Positions 1 to 8,420 of a stretch of DNA of 64,000 nucleotides are shown here, piece by piece; within the stretch, counting starts at the first letter, position 1, and each line of letters opens with the position of its first letter. The stretch is from Synechococcales cyanobacterium VAR_4_metabat_354 (GTDB taxonomy: Bacteria; Cyanobacteriota; Cyanobacteriia; Cyanobacteriales; Chamaesiphonaceae). Both the position numbers and the translations under genes were made by a program. The notes beneath the pieces were generated by a model that ran no database searches, was not told the origin of the DNA, and saw only the letters and a list, made by a program, of their open reading frames with translations. The stretch is taken from positions 73,033 through 137,032 of the forward strand of contig JANOQI010000036.1 in the NCBI GenBank assembly GCA_031414775.1. Direction: 5' to 3'.

Positions 1-449
1 TAATGGTACCAGCAGGATGGGAAAGCTCAGAGCGGAATGGAGACTTAATTATTCAAATTGGTAACTGGAATCGGCAAGCTAAACTAGGGAAGGTTTTTGA
101 TTCTTCTGGTGGCTTTACTCTGCCCTCTGGAGCTGTTTTGTCGCCGGATGTGACTTGGATCGAAAAGTCTAAATTTGCCAATATCTCTGCCAAAATTGCC
201 TTTCCCTCGATCGTCCCCGATTTTGTGATTGAGCTGAGATCTATGACCGATAGCCTCAAAACTCTTCAGGCTAAAATGTTGGAGTATCAAGCCAACGGTG
301 TTCGTTTGGGGTGGTTAATTAATCCACAACAGCAGCAAGTAGAAGTTTATCGGCTGGGGCAGGTGGTGGAAGTCTTACAATCCCCCCATAGTCTTGATGG
401 AGAAGATGTTCTGCCTGGGTTTACACTTGATCTAAGTTCAATTTTTTAG
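1..449 (+). CDS. Uma2 (DUF820) family endonuclease, 5'-truncated by window edge
   Basis: Motifs VFDSSGGFTLP, SPDVTW, PDFVIELRS, GVRLGWLINP; paralog of 1641..2228. Confidence 0.92.
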   Translation, partial: MVPAGWESSERNGDLIIQIGNWNRQAKLGKVFDSSGGFTLPSGAVLSPDVTWIEKSKFANISAKIAFPSIVPDFVIELRSMTDSLKTLQAKMLEYQANGVRLGWLINPQQQQVEVYRLGQVVEVLQSPHSLDGEDVLPGFTLDLSSIF

Positions 450-468
450 CAAACTAATAGAGGCTACT

Positions 469-1059
469 ATGATTGCAGTCTACAATAACTTGCCACGATT
501 TACCCCCGAAGAATATTTTGCTTGGGAAGAGCGACAACCAGAACGCCATGAATATATTGATGGTGAAGTATACGCAATGACCGGTGGTAGCATCAATCAT
601 AGTGAGGTCGCCGGAAAATTTCTAACCATACTGAGTAATCATTTAAAAGGACGTGGTTGTAAAATACTACCTTCTGATGCAAGAGTAAATATTGTTGGAT
701 CAACTGACTATATATATCCCGATATTAGTGTGACCTGCGATAACAGAGATAAAACCACCTCCCAATATATTACTTACCCTTGCTTAATTGTCGAAGTACT
801 ATCGCCCAGTACCGCCGCTTATGACCGAGGAGATAAATTTACGATGTATCGACGCAACCCTATCTTGCAAGATTATGTTTTGGCCAGTGCTGATAAAATG
901 TCGATCGATCTTTTTCACAAAGACGAACAAGGCAAGTGGGATATCCTAAATTATCGGGCTGGAGATGCTGTTGAATTGCGATCGATCGATCTTAGTTTCC
1001 CGATCGAGGATGTTTATCAAGAAATTGTTTTTGAATCAGCTGAGAAAAATATCCAGTAG
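469..1059 (+). CDS. Uma2 (DUF820) family endonuclease
   Basis: RHEYIDGEVYAMTGG, YPDISVTCD, LIVEVLSPSTAAYDRGDKF. Confidence 0.92.
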   Translation: MIAVYNNLPRFTPEEYFAWEERQPERHEYIDGEVYAMTGGSINHSEVAGKFLTILSNHLKGRGCKILPSDARVNIVGSTDYIYPDISVTCDNRDKTTSQYITYPCLIVEVLSPSTAAYDRGDKFTMYRRNPILQDYVLASADKMSIDLFHKDEQGKWDILNYRAGDAVELRSIDLSFPIEDVYQEIVFESAEKNIQ

Positions 1060-1078
1060 CCCAATCCTACCAAATGAC

Positions 1079-1200
1079 TCATTGAGTCGATTCTGCCATT
1101 GTTTGTAAACGGCGCAAGAACCTATCTTGCACTACATCATCATCGATAAACCTTGTCTTTTCCAAATTCATAGGGACTTTGCCTCAAAGCTGTCTGGTGC
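1079..1200 (-). pseudogene. Probable relic of MNT/HepT (DUF86) toxin-antitoxin pair
   Basis: 1171..1079 reads MNLEKTRFIDDDVVQDRFLRRLQTMAESTQ*, resembling DUF86 'QDAVLRxLQTLAESTQ'; overlapped via ATGA by a frame ending ..EAKSL*. Confidence 0.45.
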
Positions 1201-1527
1201 GTAGGCAGTAAGTATTTATACGCCGATTTGGGTCTTGTTTGGTGGGTGAAGTGCTTCAGAATGCGACATTCACTTAGGTAGTAGTTCAAAGCATTACGAT
1301 CGAGATAAGTGTTTACACAGTGGATTTAGTTGGTATCTAATGGCAATATAGGGATATGCAGAAAGCGTTGATGTCTGCGATTAAAACACTATAAAAAATA
1401 AATTCTTTGATTTAATATTTGGCGCTCCATCCTTAGTGAACTATCTATCGCAATATAAAGACTACACACAATTAAAAGCTGTAGTAGCTATAGATTGAAC
1501 ACTACCAATGTGAAAGCCATTGATAAT

Positions 1528-1559
1528 AAAACACTCACTTGCTCTAGGTGGGTGTTTTT
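1528..1559 (+). terminator. Intrinsic terminator-like hairpin
   Basis: AAAACACTCAC..GTGGGTGTTTT stem followed by a T-rich tract. Confidence 0.55.
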
Positions 1560-1640
1560 GTTTTGGGGTGTGTTGTAGAGCCTTGAATAGGCTGGCGATC
1601 GATTACACTGAAAATGGGAACTAGTAATTAACCAAGAATT

Positions 1641-2228
1641 ATGCAATCTCTAGAAACCAGACCACTGTTAGTAGATATCAGTCATATTACTCTGCGGCTC
1701 ACACCCCAAGAGTTTGAGCAACTATGCCAAGATAACCCAGACCTACGACTAGAGCTAACAGCCAACGGAGAATTGATCACGATGGTACCTGTGGCGCTGG
1801 CAAGTTCAGAGATAAATGGAGATTTATTTGGGGCGGTTTGGGCATGGAATCGTCAAACCAAATCGGGAAGAGTTTTTGACTCGTCTGGCGGTTTTACCCT
1901 GCCAAATGGAGCAGTTAGATCACCAGATGTCACCTGGGTTGGGAAACCAAGAGCCGATGAGATTCCATCTGGTATTACCTTTCCAGAGCTAGTCCCAGAT
2001 TTTGTTATCGAACTACGATCTAAAAGCGATAGTCTGACAGCTCTACAAAAAAAAATGTTGGAGTATCAAGCTAATGGGGTGCGTTTGGGCTGGTTGATTA
2101 ATCCTCAACAGCAGCAAGTAGAAGTTTATAGACTAGGGCAGCCAGTAGAAGTCTTGCAATCTCCTCATAGTCTTGATGGAGAAGATGTTTTACCTGAATT
2201 CACGCTTGATCTCAGCTCGATTTTTTAG
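1641..2228 (+). CDS. Uma2 (DUF820) family endonuclease
   Basis: NPDLRLELTANGEL, VFDSSGGF, RSPDV, PDFVIELRS. Confidence 0.93.
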   Translation: MQSLETRPLLVDISHITLRLTPQEFEQLCQDNPDLRLELTANGELITMVPVALASSEINGDLFGAVWAWNRQTKSGRVFDSSGGFTLPNGAVRSPDVTWVGKPRADEIPSGITFPELVPDFVIELRSKSDSLTALQKKMLEYQANGVRLGWLINPQQQQVEVYRLGQPVEVLQSPHSLDGEDVLPEFTLDLSSIF

Positions 2229-2284
2229 CCAAGTATTTCAAACAAGTTGAGTTGGCCTTGATCGCCAAAGGCGCAAGCAAAGCT

Positions 2285-2334
2285 ATCGATCTTAGTTTCC
2301 CGATCGAGGATGTCTATCAATAAATTGTTTTCGA
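2285..2334 (+). repeat. Relic copy of the 3' end of Uma2 gene 469..1059
   Basis: Near-identical to 985..1034, with a GAA>TAA change. Confidence 0.8.
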
Positions 2335-2351
2335 GAATCAAACAAATCATT

Positions 2352-2960
2352 ATGCCATACAGTAGTTTTACGATTGCTCAAGTTAAGAGGCAATTCCAAA
2401 TTGAAGTTATTACTGAGCCATTTTTTAGTGATGTACCGACACTTGCTCCTGGTGAATGGTTGGCTACTTTGCTATCAAAGTCAGCACCACTGGCGGTTAC
2501 GTTAGGAACAGAGAAGGTACGATCGGAACTTATTATTGCTCCGCTGCTGTTTGAATTTCGAGAATTACTCGATCGGCAGGTCAGTTTTTTTTCGGGCACA
2601 GATTTTAGCCTTGATGTGGAGTCAGGGCTGAATGGAGTTTGTGATTTTCTCTTGACTCGATCGACATCAGAAGTAAGTATTGAGGCTCCAGCAATTATTA
2701 TTATTGAGGCTAAAAAGGGTGAGCTTAATGTGGGTTGGGGACAGTGTGCCGCCGAAATGATTGCTGCACAAAGGTTTAACTTAGCGGCAGGAGAGGAAGT
2801 ACCGAATATTTACGGTTGTGTCACGACCGGAACCATGTGGCAGTTTTTGAAACTTACTGGAACAGTTTTGACGATCGATGTTACTGAATATCCCCTTAAC
2901 CCGATCGATCGTATTTTAGGTATTTTGAAGTGGATGGTGGATATGAATGAAGGATATTAA
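2352..2960 (+). CDS. Conserved cyanobacterial hypothetical protein, PD-(D/E)XK nuclease-like
   Basis: MPYSSFT start, EKVRSELIIAP, GVCDF..IEAKK..GQC..EM, YGCVTTG..WQFL; ATG 2352 preferred because ATG 2310 lies in the Uma2 relic. Confidence 0.75.
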   Translation: MPYSSFTIAQVKRQFQIEVITEPFFSDVPTLAPGEWLATLLSKSAPLAVTLGTEKVRSELIIAPLLFEFRELLDRQVSFFSGTDFSLDVESGLNGVCDFLLTRSTSEVSIEAPAIIIIEAKKGELNVGWGQCAAEMIAAQRFNLAAGEEVPNIYGCVTTGTMWQFLKLTGTVLTIDVTEYPLNPIDRILGILKWMVDMNEGY

Positions 2961-3006
2961 TTTTTGTTGAGAAATTAAACGCAAAATTTACAGAATATTG
3001 TGAGTT

Positions 3007-3032
3007 AAGCCCACTTTTATGGTGGGCTTTTT
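3007..3032 (+). terminator. Intrinsic terminator
   Basis: AAGCCCAC-loop-GTGGGCTT followed by T run, downstream of 2352..2960. Confidence 0.7.
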
Positions 3033-3354
3033 GGTGAGCGCTGTTATTTGAATCTTGTTGGACAAAGAATGGTTAAAGTGCCTAAGTCAATAAGTATCTA
3101 GGTATTTTTATCATGCGATATTTCAGTAATTCCACTATGAATTTACCTGATGTATTGGGCACTATGGTAGTAACCAGTATTTAGAACTGTGCTTTTATTT
3201 CTATGAAGGTAGAGCTTTAAATAACTGTTGATAAAAACTCAACGTGATTTGCAAACTAGGTGAGATCGGGCTTTGGCCAGAGTACATCCAGGATCACTTT
3301 GGCCGTTCTGCGGTGCTAATAGTTAATCGTTCTAATGTATCATTCCCGATCGCC

Positions 3355-6300
3355 ATGAAATCCTTTCTGTCATCTTTACGCAAACTCGATTTTCCTGTGG
3401 AGATGCTCCGCGATCGAATAACTGCTACTAAGCAGTTTCAATTATTTACAACTTTATTATTAAGTGGTGCTATTATTGGCAGCTCGATCGGTCTAATAGC
3501 TGCTCCAGCCACTGCCGCCCCTGCCAGGAAAGATTGGTGCAGCACAATTTGGAGTGTAGATAATGCAGGCACTACCAGCAACGGAACCACTCGAATCGAT
3601 CCGATTACTGGTGCAACCACCACAACCAGCCCAGCAACTGGCATCACCATGCCGCCATTTTTCCCTGGTACTGGTAGTGTCGCTGGGCTTGGTATCCATG
3701 CCGAATCTGGTACCTTATATGCCTTCGATCGCACCGGAACTACTGGCACACTCTATAAATATAAGCTTGGCACCGATACCACCTGGCAACCAGTCGCTGT
3801 TTCAGGATTGGCAGGGTTGAGCGCGATTCCATCCAAGAACCTTAACAAAGTAACAGTAGATGGTAATACGCTCTATATTGCCGAATCGGCAGGGTTGGAT
3901 GTTTACTCGATCCCATTAAATTCGAGTGGTGTTGTGATTGGAAACGCTACACTAACAGCATATACTTTCAGTGGCGATCCAATCGGCACACCGCCTCATA
4001 CAACCGCTTCATTTCTTCACAACCTTGGCGGTACTGACACCACACCCACCGATCCCATCGGCTCAGCAATCATGAACGGCGGTGATATCGCCATTGATGA
4101 GTACGGCGATGTTTACAACGTCACCTACAACGTGGTTTTGACTGCCTGGAATCTAATCGGTATTACCTGGACACCAACTACAGTTACCAACAAAGCTTAC
4201 TTTTACAAGCAGAGTGGTACAACCTGGGTATATCAGGGAGAAACACCTGCAACATCGGCATTCGCTGGAGCCGCATTTTATAAAGGCGAACTATACGTCA
4301 AATCTACCACTCAGCTCAGAAAAGTTCCTTTGGTACGGTCTGGCAGCGGATATACAGGCTGGAATAGTACATTAAGTAATGTTGGTGCAGCTTCAACAGG
4401 CTACTCCAGCGCAGATTTAGCTGCTTGCGGCACTCCCAATATCACAATGGCCAAGACTCAGCAGATTTATGCTGATGCCGCGCTGACGACATTGGTAGCA
4501 GACCAAACCAAAGTCAAAACCGGGCAGTATATTAAATATACGATTACTGCTCAAAACACAGGTACTTCTTGGGCGAGGAGTACTACTGTCACAGATAGTT
4601 TACCAACTGGAACTACTTACGTGGCTAACTCTGCCAGTTTAAATGGCACAAGTTTAGGCTTCACAACATATCCTACCAGTGGTTTTGTCATCAATGCCCC
4701 AGGAAGTGTTGCGGGTACTGTTCCCTACTCAACCGGAGTAGCCGGATCGGACACAGCCACCATGAGCTTCGCGGTGCAAGTAACAGCTACCAATGGGGCT
4801 GTCCAAAACCAAGCAACGGTTGCTTATGTCGATAACTCTGGTCTACCATCTGAACCGAGCGTTTGCACGTCACCATTCCTAAACTGTTCTGTTACACCAT
4901 CGGTAACAGCGACAGCGGTAGATTTTGGAGATGCCCCAGATGGGAGCGCAGGAACAGCAACTGGTAACTACCGAACCACCGAATCTGACAATGGCGCAAG
5001 TCATGTGATTACCGCTGGCATAAAACTAGGTACCACTGCTCCAGATGCCGATAATGGTTTACAGCAAAATGCGGCTGCTAATACTGATGGAGCTGATGAA
5101 GATGCTTTTACCAGCCTACCGAACGTGCCGACTACGGGTACTTACAGCTTGACCAATGTACCCGTCACCAACACTACTGGTAGTGCTGCGACTCTTCATG
5201 CCTGGGTAGATTTCAATAATAATGGTAGTTTTGAAGCAGGTGAGTATGCTAGTGCTACTGTTGCCAATAATGCTACAACTGCAAATCTGAGCTGGACAGT
5301 ACCAGCCGGAACAGTAGCAGGTTCGACCTATGCCCGTTTCCGATTAACGACCCAAGCCTTAACAGACAACAGCACGACAACGACAGCAGATGAGCGATCT
5401 TTTGGGGCTGCTAGTAATGGAGAAGTGGAAGATTATCAGGTATCGATCGTTGCCCCACTCATTACTCCTTTCAAAGATCGAATCAATAGCTGTGGCCTGA
5501 TCACTTTTGATAGTAATAGCGAAGGCTTCAGGGCTGCAACCATTACTTTTAGTGGTACTAACTACAATGCGTTCACTATCCCACCCCAATCCGCTCCATA
5601 TCCCACTTCATTACCACGATTTAACTGGCAGTCTAGCGGAAATCCTGGGGGTAGCATCTTCACTAACGATCTGGATGGTCAATGGACTATCTTTACTACT
5701 CCCGATCTTGGTACTGATACCAACTTCTCCTTTCTCAACAGCAAATCTTTGACGTTTGACTACAAAAATGATACTGGTATTGGTGGTGCCTACGACTTCT
5801 GGGTGGCATTAGTTGGCAAGAACGGTAACAAAGTTTTCTACTCCTTCAAAACTCAACTCACTGGTGCTTCCACCACAGCATTCAGTAAGGTTGTTGTCCC
5901 GATGGATGCCAACAAATGGTTTACTACATTCCAAACGCCCACTTCGGCGGCTCCCACTTCGACTGTTTTTGCTGGCATTCTCAGCAATCTCGATCGGATT
6001 GATATCGGTGCAGAAGGGAGGGATGGGCCTGACTTAACTGAAATAGATAACATGGGGATGGCTTGCGATCGTGGTGATGCTCCCAATACCTATAGTACGC
6101 TCGCTGCTGCAAATGGTCCATCCCATCAAATTATCTCAGCACTCAAGCTAGGAGCTAAAATCGATGCCGAAAATGATGGTCAACCCAATGCAACTGCAAC
6201 TGGTGATAACCAAGACTTATCTGCAAGTAACCAGATTGGAGTTGTCAATGATGAAGATGGTATTACCGCCTTTCCAGCACTGACAGTAGGTGGGACTAGT

Positions 6301-7197
6301 TATTCTATTCCTGCTGCGAATATTACGGCTGTCAATACAACTGGTGGTGCGGCAACACTTCATGCCTGGATTGACTTTAATAAAAATGGTACCTTTGAGG
6401 CTACTGAGTATACCTCTACCACAATTAATACTAGTGGTGCTGCTACAGGGCCTTTAAGTTGGACTACGGGGTTCACCGTTGGCAGTTCTGGCTCAACATT
6501 TGCTCGCTTCCGTTTGACCACGGATACTAGCATCACCGCCAGCACTCCAGGGAGTTCAGCTACTAATGGTGAAGTGGAAGATTATCGGGTGTCGATCCTG
6601 AGCAAGGCCAATGTCCTTCTGGTAAAACGGATTACGGCTATTAATGGTATCAGGACTGGCTTAACTAGCTTTGTAGATGATGTGACGGCGACTCCTCAGG
6701 CTAGTAATGATAATAATTGTAATTGGCTAGGAGCTACTGGTAGTGCTGGCGCTTGTACAAATACTTATACGGTAGGAGCGACTAGTGCACCGAAAGTTAA
6801 ACCTGATGATGAAATCGAGTACACAATTTATTATCTCAATGCTGGCGGCAACAAAGCTAAACAGGCACGAGTTTGTGACCAGTTAGATGCAAACCTGACC
6901 TTCCAAGATGACACCCCAACAACAGCACCATTAGATATTCAACTTGTTCCAGGTAGTGGTTCGATTCAATCTCTCACTAATGCCCCTAGTGATGATAAGG
7001 GAGAATTAACTACTGCTGCTCTCGCTGGAGCTAGTTGCAATTTAGCCGCTAATACTGGCACTAACTTATCTAATAATGTTGTGGTAGTTGATGTTGCTTC
7101 CCCCACCGATCCAGCTAATCCACTAATGGGTTCTACAGGAGCCGGCACACCCACAACTTCCTACGGCTACGTTCGCTTTAAAGCCACAGTAAAATAA
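3355..7197 (+). CDS. Large secreted surface protein: beta-rich N-domain, complete DUF11, two GEVED repeats, laminin-B-like domain, shared C-terminal incomplete DUF11-like domain
   Basis: Signal peptide ending APATA; K..YTITAQNTG..TDSLP..NQA; two DFGDAP/DRGDAP..AWxDFNxNGxF..ARFRLTT..GEVEDY units; VLLVKRITAING..YGYVRFKATVK. Start uncertain (3244, 3355 or 3403). Confidence 0.85.
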   Translation: MKSFLSSLRKLDFPVEMLRDRITATKQFQLFTTLLLSGAIIGSSIGLIAAPATAAPARKDWCSTIWSVDNAGTTSNGTTRIDPITGATTTTSPATGITMPPFFPGTGSVAGLGIHAESGTLYAFDRTGTTGTLYKYKLGTDTTWQPVAVSGLAGLSAIPSKNLNKVTVDGNTLYIAESAGLDVYSIPLNSSGVVIGNATLTAYTFSGDPIGTPPHTTASFLHNLGGTDTTPTDPIGSAIMNGGDIAIDEYGDVYNVTYNVVLTAWNLIGITWTPTTVTNKAYFYKQSGTTWVYQGETPATSAFAGAAFYKGELYVKSTTQLRKVPLVRSGSGYTGWNSTLSNVGAASTGYSSADLAACGTPNITMAKTQQIYADAALTTLVADQTKVKTGQYIKYTITAQNTGTSWARSTTVTDSLPTGTTYVANSASLNGTSLGFTTYPTSGFVINAPGSVAGTVPYSTGVAGSDTATMSFAVQVTATNGAVQNQATVAYVDNSGLPSEPSVCTSPFLNCSVTPSVTATAVDFGDAPDGSAGTATGNYRTTESDNGASHVITAGIKLGTTAPDADNGLQQNAAANTDGADEDAFTSLPNVPTTGTYSLTNVPVTNTTGSAATLHAWVDFNNNGSFEAGEYASATVANNATTANLSWTVPAGTVAGSTYARFRLTTQALTDNSTTTTADERSFGAASNGEVEDYQVSIVAPLITPFKDRINSCGLITFDSNSEGFRAATITFSGTNYNAFTIPPQSAPYPTSLPRFNWQSSGNPGGSIFTNDLDGQWTIFTTPDLGTDTNFSFLNSKSLTFDYKNDTGIGGAYDFWVALVGKNGNKVFYSFKTQLTGASTTAFSKVVVPMDANKWFTTFQTPTSAAPTSTVFAGILSNLDRIDIGAEGRDGPDLTEIDNMGMACDRGDAPNTYSTLAAANGPSHQIISALKLGAKIDAENDGQPNATATGDNQDLSASNQIGVVNDEDGITAFPALTVGGTSYSIPAANITAVNTTGGAATLHAWIDFNKNGTFEATEYTSTTINTSGAATGPLSWTTGFTVGSSGSTFARFRLTTDTSITASTPGSSATNGEVEDYRVSILSKANVLLVKRITAINGIRTGLTSFVDDVTATPQASNDNNCNWLGATGSAGACTNTYTVGATSAPKVKPDDEIEYTIYYLNAGGNKAKQARVCDQLDANLTFQDDTPTTAPLDIQLVPGSGSIQSLTNAPSDDKGELTTAALAGASCNLAANTGTNLSNNVVVVDVASPTDPANPLMGSTGAGTPTTSYGYVRFKATVK

Positions 7198-7325
7198 TCG
7201 GTTTTGACTTAAAATATAAATACGACTCCAAATTAAAACTAGAGCCGTATTTTAAAACCAAATTATTAACAATAGTCGTAACACATGTCATTCGCGCCAC
7301 ATTTACAGCACGCCAAAACTTTTGA

Positions 7326-7421
7326 GACGATCTAAACTTCGACCTATCAATTAACGAGCGCAAAACCCGCCGATTGAATCGTCGAGTTACTCGACTGGAA
7401 CGTCAAGATTTCGATGATTAA
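7326..7421 (+). pseudogene. 3' remnant of a paralog of 7445..7750
   Basis: Reads DDLNFDLSINERKTRRLNRRVTRLERQDFDD*, matching DDLNYELSDTARQTRLLKRRVVRLERKDKED; in-frame TGA immediately upstream. Confidence 0.75.
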
Positions 7422-7444
7422 TCGAAATAGAATGCGGCAGATAT

Positions 7445-7750
7445 TCAATCTTCTTTGTCTTTGCGCTCTAGCCGAACAACTCGTCGTTTTAACAGCCGAG
7501 TCTGCCGTGCAGTATCGGACAGCTCATAATTGAGATCATCATTGTACGATATTAGAGATTGAAATCCTTCGCGAATAATAAGCTGCTGACTACCTTCAAC
7601 ACTGTCGATTCGGTGACGGAGAGCAATTACATCTTCTCTCAGCGCATCGATGTTTTGACTCATGGCGCCCATGTTTTGCTGCATGGTGCCAACAGCTTGA
7701 ATAAGTTGAGCAAGCTGACCTTCAAGGCGATCGAAACGTTCTTCTGACAT
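7445..7750 (-). CDS. Small coiled-coil hypothetical protein
   Basis: 101 aa heptad-like ORF (MSEERFDRLEGQLAQL..); adjacent paralog relic supports coding status. Confidence 0.75.
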   Translation of the reverse strand: MSEERFDRLEGQLAQLIQAVGTMQQNMGAMSQNIDALREDVIALRHRIDSVEGSQQLIIREGFQSLISYNDDLNYELSDTARQTRLLKRRVVRLERKDKED

Positions 7751-7938
7751 AATAAGTAGGTGAATAGATTATTTTACTTTGACAGATAACCTGCTAGCTC
7801 CAACTAGTGGGCTATCTCTATTTTATCTCGAAGTTAACACTTTTGATGTCATACGAGATCGTCAGCTTTTAGCTAAAATAGTACCAACCCATCACCTTAA
7901 GCGGCCATGGTTCAAACACCGATTAAGTCGATCGTGCC

Positions 7939-8045
7939 TATCCTGAATTATCGGGCTGGAGATACCGTTGAGTTGCTATCGATCAATCTTAGTTTCTCGA
8001 TCGAAGATGTTTACCAAGAAATTATTTTTGAATCAACTAAGAAAA
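7939..8045 (+). pseudogene. Second relic of the 3' end of Uma2 gene 469..1059
   Basis: Aligns to 942..1048; ILNYRAGDTVELLSINLSFSIEDVYQEIIFES vs ILNYRAGDAVELRSIDLSFPIEDVYQEIVFES. Confidence 0.85.
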
Positions 8046-8106
8046 TGGATGTGTCCGATTTCAGGCCAAAGTGAAATAAAACTTGCTTTTTATACTCAGA
8101 ACAACA

Positions 8107-8133
8107 AGCTCCCCTTTACGCGGGAGCTTTTTT
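8107..8133 (+). terminator. Intrinsic terminator
   Basis: AAGCTCCC-loop-GGGAGCTT plus T run; similar to the 3007 hairpin. Confidence 0.7.
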
Positions 8134-8420
8134 ATGATCGGGACAGCTTGGATGTTCAGTACATTTCGCTGCTTTGGTAATTCTCTAAGTACTTGTACCA
8201 TCTACAAGTTCGGTAATTTTACGATAAATCTCTGGTGAGAAATGGGAAACATAAGAGGGTCTAGCATTTGGATCTGTGCTTTTATTGCCATGGAAGTAGA
8301 GCCTTAAATTAGCTAGCAATAGAAGAATGATGTCTTCCAATACTTTGGGTGAAAAAACCTAATGCTGAAAAGAGTAACTCATTGGATTGCCTGTAAACAC
8401 CCATAATATTCGTTCTAGTT

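Noticed and set aside
7968..8180. 70-aa ORF
   Set aside because: Off-frame reading of the Uma2 relic that runs through a terminator.
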